Part shown: positions 46,072 through 56,899 of the stretch, piece by piece
Numbering within the stretch: the first letter of the stretch is position 1
How the letters are laid out: each line of letters starts with the position of its first letter
Assembly: GCA_977016875.1 (NCBI GenBank)
Contig: CDRNST010000250.1
Span: 992,001 to 1,056,000, forward strand
Source of the DNA: Pavona decussata
Lineage: Eukaryota
DNA length: 64,000 nt
Direction of reading: 5' to 3'
The notes under the pieces: generated by a model
What the model was told of the DNA's origin: nothing
Database searches by the model: none
What the model saw: only the letters and a program-made list of their open reading frames with translations
Made by a program: the position numbers and the translations under genes

Positions 46072-46530
46072 TGTTTCAATTCTTTGAGACGTTGAGACTA
46101 CCCCCTTGTGGAGAACTTTGGGCGCGCGCGTGAGCATGTGACGCGCACAATATTTCAAATTTTTATGGCGTGTACGATTTGTTGACGCGTATAAGTTTTT
46201 GCAGTTTTTGCTAGAGTTTGTAGTTTCTTTTCACTCTTTGTTTACCATTTTCCCATTTATTTATTGGAATTAAATTTGGAGTTTGAGCCTACCATTCAAG
46301 GAGAACTTTTTTTTAACATGGTGCCGAGACCCGGGAAGCGTATGGTCGCCGTCTAAAGAAGAATTTCTGAGAATTTTCATCGAGAAGGGACAACTCGCCG
46401 TCTAAGGATTATTTTGGATACTTTCATCGAGAAGCGACAAGTCGCCGTCTGAAGAGGATTTCATCTACAAAATGGGGGACGAGGATCTGAAAAAGAAGAA
46501 TATTCGAGGAGGACATAAGGGATATGTTAA
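46072..46530 (+). mobile_element. BEL/Pao-type 5' LTR (46072-46318), PBS and gag start, truncated
   Basis: TG...CA, PBS TGGTGCCGAGACCCGGGA (tRNA-Phe-like), ~50-bp leader repeats, MGDEDLKKKNIRGGHKGYV. Confidence 0.75.
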
Positions 46531-47059
46531 TATATATAAAATCAATAACTGACGTCAGCAATACCTTTCCTCCATTTTTTGTATATTTCAATGGAATTGG
46601 CTTTCAAATGTCTGAGATGTAATGATTTGTAAAGTAATATCCCTACCCAAATTCTGCATTGTTAATTTAGTCTTGTCCTCCCATCTCCACAAGCCTTGCA
46701 ATAAAAAAAACTTGTAGCATTAAACCGCTGACCACAACTGATAGGTTATTTGCATAGTTGTTTGCAATTCATGTTTTTTTTTTAATTTCTCAGTGAAATG
46801 TTGAGTGTTTTGAAGTTGGGTATTAAAGGTGTTCAAAGGAGTAATACATGTAATTATTATTATTATTATTATTATTATTGGCAATTTCAAAAAATGAAAT
46901 ACAATAGAACCCCACCATCTGTAACTGCCAAGAGATATGAATACTGTACAACTTTTGGAAGTTAGTGACTTCACCTTACTTTGCATCATTCATCATGTTT
47001 GAAGATTCAGGAGATTCTGACTAGTCAATCAGCTATGCGACGTTTTAAAAATCGATTTT

Positions 47060-47248
47060 GAGTTAACAGGATCAATTTGAGTCAAATGTATGCCATGGGA
47101 AAATAAAATGAGTTTAGTGAGCGGGGAGTTTGAGCTAGTTGATAGTAAATGACTGAAAAACTAGTGTGAAAACCAAGGGAAACTGGATTGTGCTTGAGTT
47201 GGCGGGGAGTTAGAGTTAACCAAGTTCGAGTCAGCTAGGTTCTACTTT
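47060..47248. mobile_element. Partial Tc1/pogo-type MITE with GAGTT repeats
   Basis: Repeated GCGGGGAGTT..GAGTT units and a decayed GGTTCTACT terminus. Confidence 0.5.
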
Positions 47249-47379
47249 ATATTCAAATTTTGTTCCTTTTGGAAAAGTCCATTCTTTCTATTATGATTCG
47301 TAATATATGTTTGTGTGGCAGTGAAGAATTTTAATACAGTAGTAAGAGAAATACCTGTTTCACGTGTTTTTGCTTTCCC

Positions 47380-47620
47380 TGATGACTGCATTTTATGGGA
47401 CGAATACATGTTCATAGTTGCAAAAAATGCCATTAGCTCATCGAAGAGGCCCAGTAATCTTCCACCATTCTCTGCTAGCAACTCTCCAAATTTATCCCAT
47501 GTGCAATGTGGGAGTGTCATCTGCCTTGCTTGTTGTCCTCTCAACTGAACCCTATCTGCCACCAATTCCAGTATTTGTGAAAGGAATTCATGAAATGCTG
47601 ATTTGCGACGCCCTAGTAAA
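47380..47620 (-). pseudogene. DUF3987-like domain exon remnant
   Basis: TWDKFGELLAENGGRLLGLFDELMAFFATMNMY..SGKAKTRET. Confidence 0.5.
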
Positions 47621-47715
47621 ATATTAAAAGAAATGGGTGTATTATATATTAAATACAATTGATAAAGAGTTTCTTAAATTGAAAGATGGGGGAATTTGGG
47701 CCAAAAAATATTTAT

Positions 47716-47948
47716 TTACTGGGGGAGTTTGAAAACTGTGAACACTAGAATTATCTCAGGAATGTTATTGTGTTGCGAGGTAAAAGCCAATCAGATGCAA
47801 GATGGATAAATCGCAAGCTGTAGCGGTAATTAGCTTTGTGGCTTGCGGTTTTTTCTTGTGGTTTTGATCTTTCATCTGATTGGTCATCGCACAATTAAAA
47901 TGTCAAAGTCAAATCAAAGTGTTCACAGTTTTTGGATTCGCACAGTAA
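47716..47948. mobile_element. Small inverted-repeat element in TA-rich context
   Basis: TTACTG..AAAACTGTGAACACT / AGTGTTCACAGTTTT..CAGTAA; inner CCAATCAGATG / CATCTGATTGG. Confidence 0.65.
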
Positions 47949-48599
47949 TATATATATATAATACAATTTACTAACTAATTGGAAAAATATTTCCATACTG
48001 CAGGTGTAGATGTAAGGTCAGTTTTTGTATGTAATGTCATGCAAGGTCTACTTAGAAGTCTAATCTTCAGAAACCCACCGACATGTACAATCATGACTAG
48101 AGAATTTCTTACATGAGAAATTTTCCTTTTGCTTGATTTGGATGGTTTCAAATGTAATTGAACGTGCATTGTTTGGATACTGTAATGTTATTGGTCTGTA
48201 GACAAGAAACATCAATCAATACACTTTGTTTAGAAGTAATGTTGTGAGTGGTCAACTTTGAATCTTCTGAAGTCCAAGTTTGAGTGGTTGCCCAACTTGC
48301 AATTTAGGATAATTAATACAGTTGAACTTCTCTACTAATATTCATCTATTTGGTCATTAATTAAACCTTCTGTGAGAGACTAATGAATGTTACACAGCTC
48401 CACCCTTAAAATTGGATTCTCATAATTCAATAAACAGCCGGGCAGGCTACGAGATACAACGCATCGGAAATTATATTTTGTTGGTCAAAAACTTTAATGT
48501 AAGTGGTGGCTCCGAAAGAAGCTTTTTTTTTTTTCGAACTGCAATGCAGGGTTTTTTTGTTTTGTTTTTTCGTCCTTTTCCTGTTGCTTCGTGCAGCAG

Positions 48600-49017
48600 C
48601 ATCGTTTTCTTCAATTACCTGTTCTTGGGAAGGCCGTCGAGATAGAGCATCTTGTTGTAATCAATGTCAAAGTAGAACCACAAGTTTCTTTTGCTTTCCA
48701 TGTTGTTAAGGACGAAATCCATTTGACACGCCCGTTTTTCAGCATTATGTGGCGTCCCCCATTAGAAGTCTTCAAGGAACGATTAACTCCAGGGCGCAGC
48801 CATTTCCGATACAAAACAGCAACAGCTTGAAGGTATCTCTATCTCCCAATGCTTTCTTCCAGAAAAGCATGCCCATTTGACTGGGCCATGCCTTCAATGG
48901 GAGGAAGGCATCGTCATTGATAGTATGAAACAGCTCCAACCTCTGTACCTTGATTTCATTTTCAGAAAAGTAGCGGATTTTTTCTCGCCAGCGGTTCAAT
49001 GTTGCCATTGTGCTCAT
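48600..49017 (-). pseudogene. Small frameshifted TE-associated ORF of unknown function
   Basis: WPSQMGMLFWKKALGDRDTFKLLLFCIGNGC; TATA-like TTTATAAA ~30 bp upstream. Confidence 0.4.
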
Positions 49018-49396
49018 CTGATGCCTTTTGCGCTTTTCTGAACTGATTTATAAACAGCACTATACCGCTTCTTTGTTACCTGTTCCTAGAACCAATAAGA
49101 TCCTTAAAAAGCACATTTATCACACCTTTCGCGAGCTTTGTAGGATTGAAACAACTGTTTGATGTCTTTTTGCACAAATGAATGCTGCAGCTTTGTCCAG
49201 AATAGCTCAAAGAGCGGAAAAGGGGAAAACATATGAGTGCGCGATCGATGCCAGCAGTTGAGGTGCTGGGCGAGGCTACCAAGTCTCCCGCTTTGATAGG
49301 GGAGGGGGGTGGGGGTGGGGGGTTGTCAAAGTTGAAAGTGAGAATTGCGTTTTTCAAAAAGCGATTTTCCGTTGTAATATACACTACTAGGAGGTA

Positions 49397-49725
49397 CCCT
49401 GTGAAAACTATGTGAAACCATGTGAAATTATGCACAGGTTTCACATGTATTTTACATAGTTTCCACACACTATTTCACAGGTTTTTTTCACAGACGTGAA
49501 AAAATCTGTGAAATAACTCTGTGAAACCATGTGAAACGGGCTCTGCATTTTCATATGGTATTTCACATGGTAGGATGTGAATTTACCATGTGAAAATGGT
49601 TCTCTACCCAAAAGAATAATCCCTTGAAAAACCCCGTGAAATAACCCTAACCTTTGAAAACCCTGTGAAATAACCATGTGAAAAAAATCAAAACATGTGA
49701 AAAACCCTGTGAAAACAAGTGAAAT
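49397..49725. repeat. TGTGAAA/TTTCACA subterminal-type motif array
   Basis: Many copies in both orientations starting at CCCTGTGAAAA. Confidence 0.8.
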
Positions 49726-50246
49726 TGGTTACTTTGTATTCCAATATATATAACCTAGCTAGCAGCTGGCGCGAGGCCTGCTGTACTGTACGTACGTACT
49801 TACATTAATTGTAGCAGCCTATAAAAACATTGTACACTGTCTTTCTGGTACATGTACAAACCAAAGAAAGTGAAGAATTTAAAGAAAAGTATTAGCCAAT
49901 CATAGCATGCATTATTCTTTAATAAACCTGAATCATACCTAGGCCTGCAGGTGAGAAGATAATGGATGTCAACTAATTAACCTTTAAAGCCCATCCTTAC
50001 CTTATTTAACCGCCATGCATGCTGCCTCCATACACAGTTGACAACTTAGGTGTGCAATTAACACAAATGAGCGGAGGCTGATCCGATTGTAGGTAGGTAC
50101 AAGTGAAACACGTTTCTGTTTTTTTCAAATGCAGTGATTTATTGCAAAAGTGAATGAAATGTAACCATCCAAAATTTTATTAAACCACCAGTTGCTGCAA
50201 GTACTGTTAATTAATATTGATTGTTACATCTAGAAAATTATGTTAA

Positions 50247-50441
50247 CCCTTTACTCCCTAAGAGGCCAATTGGCACAACGTGCCATAACTTGGTGAATAT
50301 TCAATAGATTTCTATGAAATTTTGCTACCACAATGTTCTTGTACAGATCTACCCAATAAAAGCATAAAATCTTGACCTAGAGTGGGTCATATTTTATTTA
50401 GAAAAAAAAAAACAGTGGCATTCACTTTAGGGAGTAAAGGG
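50247..50441. mobile_element. piggyBac-type MITE, 195 bp
   Basis: TTAA TSDs; 15-bp TIR CCCTTTACTCCCTAA. Confidence 0.9.
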
Positions 50442-50505
50442 TTAAAGCTACAATAAAATAGAACACATGCATGCCAAATATGCAATTCAAAGGTCAAAAA
50501 TAATA

Positions 50506-50874
50506 CAGTAAAACCCCATGTATAAGAACCTAGACTTTTCCAAGTTAGCTTAAACAGTTTCATATGTAAATTGTGCTTACCATGAAATTAGGCTAAACAG
50601 GTTCTAAATAGCTAGGTTTTTCTTTTGTATATCATTTATATAAATTATGCACAAATTGTCTCCAAAAAGACAGTATAAGCACTTATAGAAGCCCTATATG
50701 CACTTTAAAGCTACACTGAATGTAACTTACAACTTAACCAAACATTGTATACAACTGTAGATACTTTGTTTGATTTATATATATTTTTTTAGTTTTGACT
50801 CCATTTGATAAAATAAGAACCTGCTTTGAAATTCTAGCCCCAAGGGCTAGGTTCTTATACACGGGGTTTTACTG
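50506..50874. mobile_element. Tc1/mariner (pogo)-type MITE
   Basis: TA TSDs; TIR CAGTAAAACCCC(A/G)TGTATAAGAACCTAG. Confidence 0.9.
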
Positions 50875-51696
50875 TATGGAATTCAAAGGTCAAACAGTTG
50901 GCTTTTTGTTTGTACCATCACATTTGTGATTGGCGGGTGTGTTGTCTTTATTTTCTTGCTGGCCATTGTCACTTTCCAAAACGTAGACATACCCCTTATG
51001 TTTCCTTTTTACTGGGGCTTCGGATACAGCAGGTGCAGGTGTAACAGCTTTCGAAATAGCAACTTCCAAAGGATGCGGAGTTGTATCTTTTTTAGCATTG
51101 CTGGCGCTAGCAATCTTTTCAAAGGCTTTTTCTTGGTAGCAGCAGCATCTTTCGAAGGAGTTGCTTTTTGTTTCTTGTCATTCAGCAAATAAATTATAGG
51201 TAATCTGATTTCCGTTCTCTTGAATAACAATAAACAACATTTATAATATTGTCATTAGTAAATATCACACAAGTGAATAGTGCTTTAATTGGTGCTATTC
51301 ACCAAGGAGTAAAAAAAATTATTTGCCGATTTCCGTCACACGAATTTTGTCCAATTGTCAGCAAATAAAGTAACTATTTATCATGCAATTAACTCCATTC
51401 ATCATACAACATATGATGACATTAAGCAACAGGGAATACAAACCAAAACAACTGTTGCAACTACTGGACATGATACACAGTTCTAAGTGACCACTTTCAA
51501 TAAGACATACAATGTATAGAATAATCCCACACGATTTGGATGAACAATAGTACTATATAATAAGCAGTTCATCCAGTGAAAAGTCAAGAACAACTTAAAA
51601 ATAGTGACATAAGTAAGGAACAATGATATGCTGTCCTCAATTTATTGACAGCATTATCATTACACCCAAATTACAGAAGGGGCCCACATTGGCTAA

Positions 51697-52533
51697 GGGC
51701 CGGGTTGCACTACAAGATAAAATTGGTTTTGTTGGGACAATATTTCCCTCAAATTTCTGTTTCCAAAAAAAATGTTTTGTTAAGTTTGGGTCGCACAGTT
51801 AACTAGTTATGTCAACCAATGTGTCAACCGTGATTGATGATTGTCCTGTCGGTGGCAAACTTCAAGTTGATCAGCTCGGCAATGTCCCGCCACGCCTCTC
51901 GCGAGTCCTTGGTATGGAGCTGGTTCTGCTTATCTGCCCAGAGCTGGACGAAGTAGCTCTGCTGTTCGTTTGTCCATTTGTTGTACCTCTTGCTTGAAGC
52001 AGGGCTTGTTATCTGAATCTCTTCTTTGCGATCAATCAGCGAAGGAGTTTCGCCGATGGAGTTGGAGTTGGAACTAGAGCCAGAGCCACGAGGGTTGTAC
52101 GCTGAATACAGGGCAGAATATGCAGGGCTGAAGGTTGGCTGGCTCATCGAGTGAATTGCTGGACGGTTGACATCATTTGCTTGTCCGATGGAAGCTCACT
52201 GATTGAATGGAAGGTAACTGAAAGCGCAAGAGTTTGCATATGGCCATATGGGATCCATCTCGAGAAAATGGCCGCAAAGTCGCAAGAAAATTGATTTTAC
52301 TGCGCTTTTGATTTCTATTTACGTCATGATTGACATCTTCAAAGCTTTTTTGATGTTTTGTGACATTTTGGTGAGATCTAGAGCGCGCCAAGTTCAACTG
52401 GCAGTATCTTTGAACATTTGTTGCATTCGGCTCATTTTTGTAATTTTTTTACTAGAGGTCACACTAGCAAACCCTATATGTGACAGATTTTTTTGCAAAA
52501 TAAACAACATTTTATGCTAGTGCAACCCGGCCT
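51697..52533 (-). mobile_element. Non-autonomous Harbinger deletion derivative with truncated Myb/SANT ORF (51824-52147)
   Basis: TAA TSDs; TIR GGCCGGGTTGCACTA; KWTNEQQSYFVQLW..AWRDIAELIN. Confidence 0.88.
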
Positions 52534-54090
52534 TAATTCTAAAAACAACAACTTAGATTTGTAATACTTCACCTTCGAATGGACACCAAATTTTTTTTAA
52601 CTTGACAGAGCTCTGACGATCATACAAAAGCACACTGAATTATTCCCATCACAGTGTATGAACATGATCTCTTGAAACTGTTGAACTTAACTTCGTTGTT
52701 TTTCAAGAGTTCCTTAACCCTGGCTGGCTGCTCTGAATAACTCAACTTTAAATAAATTGTCAGTCTTGAAATTCAGAGTTCCTATGTTATACAGATATCA
52801 TTCAATGGAATAATTTTGCAATGATTACTGGAAAAATATGCTCTAAATCCTGCCATTTTCCACTATCGCCAGTCACTTTTAAGTGCCAATACTGACTTTT
52901 GCTTGTAAATAAATTTATTGTTAGAGTTCCTCGGAACAAATTTCTACACTTTATGTGTCATATGAAAGATTTTCAATAGAATGCAGATTTTGTTCAAGGA
53001 GACGAGTTTCCATGCAATGAAGATGGGGAAAATATTGTTAACACCTTATTGTATTTGTTAGTTTAATGTCAGCGGCTATTACTCTCCACTGAACATCCAT
53101 TCTGCTTGGTGGAAAATCACAAGGAGGTTGCACAGTGAGTGATACCAGCTTCCACAGCCCAGTTAGAGCCTCGGGTTTCTTACTGAAAGGTGCAGTAACA
53201 AAATTGTATAATTCTGGGCTCATTGTTAAACAAAGAGCCAATTGAAAATAGAATACCTTTAATTTTCTTAGATGTCACTGAGTGACTACCAGTATCTTCT
53301 TTCTTCCTCTCTCTTTCACTGCTTTCAGTTGACTTCTTGGTATCTGTAGAATCATGATGCCGCTCAATATAGCTTGGAATTATTTTATTATTTACCTTTC
53401 CTTTTAATTTTGCAAAGCTTACCTTTGTCATCCTCTAACATACTGTGATTTCCTTGAAAGGAGACATCTAATGCCTCCTTTTCACAATCTTAGTGCCTTA
53501 TGATAAGCAAAAAATTTGTAGCATAATTTAGTCAATTTACATCGGTTAATTTTCTAAATTTGCCAGTCAGGTGACCAGATGTCCCTGGATCTTCACCAAA
53601 ATACCCTAAGCTTTAAATATTTGGGACAAATACAGTCACTGATGGTTGTTATAGTCTGAATTGGGAACTGGTTCACTCAATTACTTGATCCCAAAAGTTA
53701 AGTCCTGTGAAGCTTAAAGGTATTCTAAGTGGTATGACGGGCCTAAAGTGAAATGAACGCAAAAGTATGGTGGAAATGATTCATGCTCTTAATTATTGCA
53801 TTAGATGTAGAAAGAAGGCACACCACTCCTGATACAGATTGGAGTCAAGATTCTATAGGGTAATGTTTATGGAATGGATCTGGCATCTCCCACAGATTTT
53901 GCAGGGGCAGATGACATCAACACCAACTTGGCAAAGGAGAGATGCCCTGGGATCAAGATCACCAAATGCACTCCCTAATCTTTGATTATTACTACAATGG
54001 TTTATATACTCTTTTTTTATAACAATTTATTTTATAAGGATGTTATGGCTGAAATTTGCCAAATTTTAAGAATCTTTTAAGAATAAACCT

Positions 54091-54125
<35 letters not shown>

Positions 54126-54746
54126 GTGTTTTGTGTGGTATTTTCATTTCTTAAAGCCAAAATGGCCAAATGTCGTCTGACATGCATGACAGCTTGACCT
54201 TGCTGGCTGCAACGAAAAGCCATGGGGCACATGCACAATGTAGTCGAAACAGATCTCAACACCAAACACTTGTAAATGATACTCCAATACACTTCTAAAA
54301 CAAAAATATCATACGCAATAATCTAAGAGTATTCACAAGAACCTTTTCAGCCTAACATTGGCAGAAACAGAAAAAAAAATTCTTATAAAAAGATATATCA
54401 GTGATATAAAAAGGCACACCACACAACATCAATTTTGCTTTGTAGTACTGCGCAGACTTTCCTTTCCCCACAAAACATTCACAGTCTGGTTGAATGCGTA
54501 GTGCTCCTCTTTAATTTGGCTTTCCAGCACAACAGAAAATTTCCCCTACTCTTCAAAGAATACAAAGGCACACCGGTCACCACCAAAAAGTATAATGGTA
54601 CTGGTTTTAGGGTTTTACTAGTACGTCAACATTCAGTACAGATTGCCGAACATGGAAATGCAGCACAGCATTATAACCTGTAATGGTCTCAAAAATGCGT
54701 GAATGAAATTTCAGGGTCATGGCAAGTCCCCACTAAAACATCGCTC

Positions 54747-55365
54747 TTTCACGTGGTCGTGCGTTGTTTAGTGAATCAAAGATATCAAATACAAAAATTA
54801 AATGAGTGAAATCTCCTTGGAACTGTTCGTGGCGAAATTTACAATGAACTCCTTTTAAAGTAGTTCCTGAAGAAGAAACAATACTATAGGAGGAAGGGTT
54901 TTTATTCTACAATCTCCAGTTGTTCGAAGTCTGAGCTATGTCAACTACCGACCGGAATTATCTGGCTGTAACTTCATTAGATTGCATGACTATACCGCAG
55001 CTACTCCTAAAAAAATTCCTTCTCTTTTTTCCTCACGTTCGAATGAAATTTCAGAGTCAACGCAAGTTCGCACCAAAACATTGCCCTTTCAGGTGGTCGT
55101 GCGTTGTAAGCGAAGCGAAGAAATAAGTGAAATCTCCTTGGAACTGTTCCTGACGAGATTTACAATGAATTCCTTTAAGTAGTTCCCAAAGAAGAAACAA
55201 TGCTATATTAGGAAGGGTTTTCATTCTACAATCTCTAATCAATCGTAGCCTCAGAGCTATGTTAACTATCGACCTGTATAAATTTCATAAGATTGCACGA
55301 CAAACGGGCGCACGACTATGCTGCAGCCACTCCTAAAAGAATTCCTTCCCTCTTTTTTCCTCCCT
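54747..55365. repeat. Diverged tandem duplication, period ~340 bp
   Basis: GTGGTCGTGCGTTGT..AGTGAAATCTCCTTGGAACTGTTC..GAAGAAACAAT..GGAAGGGTTTT occurs twice. Confidence 0.8.
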
Positions 55366-55531
55366 AACTTTGTATGACTTAATAAACAATATGCACTTTT
55401 CATATGCAAATTGACGTAAATCGGCCTGGGAAATTGAAATTATATTAAGCTTAAGTTTATGTGTGCGTTTCAAATATAAAAAACGTAAGCTTAGATATAG
55501 CGCAAAATTTAGATTATCTCAAGCATTTTAA

Positions 55532-56360
55532 GGTTGCTCGACCCAGTTATTTTTTGGTGGTACCATCCAAGTTTGAAGCTCTCTGGTATCCCCACCTTTA
55601 CTTTTATCGCAAGTCTAACACATAGAATGGATATAGATCAATCTACAATGTAGCAAAAAAAATTTTTGGCAATCTGAGTAAATGTCACGTGGTTGTAGTG
55701 CCACACCCCTTTGTAATCTGAGTCGAAATTCTGCTGTTGCTGGCTTTTTTTCGTGAAAATCCTCTGGGCTGCATATAGTGCACAATAGAGACCTTTAGAT
55801 TCTAGTACGAGTACGACTACGAGATTTGACTTTGATTTTGATTTGATTTTTTGGCGATTTGAGTTTTTGGCGAAGTACTACGAACAGATATATCACAGAA
55901 AGTTTCATTTCACTCTTTATGAGTGACGAACTTGACGCAGTTAGTTTGAATGATGATAGTTAAGCCCTTACGTGTTTCCAAAAAGACAAGATCACCTACG
56001 TTTCAAGGACTCGTTTTCGCCACTACGAGATTCTTACAAAATCTCCTAGTAAAATGACGACAGCTATCTCGTTTTCCCGCCAAAATGACACTGGTTCAAG
56101 CGCGCACACTCTTTGTCTATTCGAGAAACTCGTAGTTGTACTCGTACTAGAATCTAAAGGTCTCTCTTAGTGCCTTGCGCTGAACAAAGTTTCACCAACA
56201 TTGCAGACCTAATTTGAGAAATTCAGCGCTTTCCAAATTTAGGTCATAATTTATGTAAAAATGATAAGTAAACTTTATCTAATAAACTATGAGATTTATT
56301 CCTTTATTTTGGGGATCTTTATAACAGATGGATCCTTGCAAGTCAGCAGAAAAACTTTAG
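55532..56360. mobile_element. Truncated Kolobok-type non-autonomous element
   Basis: TTAA|GG start (GGTTGCTCGACCCAGTT); opposite end not found; interrupted by a MITE. Confidence 0.45.
55787..56165. mobile_element. MITE with ~37-bp TIRs
   Basis: AGAGACCTTTAGATTCTAGTACGAGTAC / GTACTCGTACTAGAATCTAAAGGTCTCT. Confidence 0.88.
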
Positions 56361-56365
56361 GGCCT

Positions 56366-56732
56366 AGTGGTAGAGCATCCGAGCTAGTAATGGGAAGGTC
56401 TTAGGTTCAACTCCTGATAGGAGCACTCAGATTTCTTTTTTCCAAGTATGCCTGTGTCACTTTCTATAATATTACATCATTCTCATTCATTCACCAGGCT
56501 GACAATATACCATCACATTTATTTCATATACCACACGTTTGACATTCAAATCCTAGCAGTATGCAGGATGTTTGTCCCATGAACCTAGTTTAATGGCCTT
56601 AGCTCCCACGAGTCTCCTGTAGCTCAGTGGTAGAGCATCCGAACTAGTAGTCGGAAGGTCTTAGGTTCGACTCCTGATAGGAGCACTCAGATTTCTTTTT
56701 TCCGAGTATGCCTATGTCACTTTCTAGAATAA
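56366..56732 (+). repeat. Tandem tRNA-headed repeat, 260-bp period, ~1.4 units
   Basis: TAGCTCAGTGGTAGAGC (A box) ... GGTTCGACTCC (B box) ... TTTCTTTTT, present twice. Confidence 0.8.
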
Positions 56733-56899
56733 TCGGCTAAAACACAACCAGGGTGGCAAAGTATGGTCCACTTTGGGCAAAATATCAACCTTGTTATATC
56801 TTTGTTTTTCATGCATGGTTTGGACGTACAACATCTCATGATTACTGCTATGTAGTATCTCGGAGCATTTGCTTCTGGTTTTAGAGATATGCCTTAGTT

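Noticed and set aside
52560-53500. Host gene exons
   Set aside because: Short ORFs with stops and no recognisable domain; cannot be supported.
56611-56686. Functional tRNA gene
   Set aside because: Imperfect acceptor stem, abnormal anticodon loop, and part of a tandem repeat.
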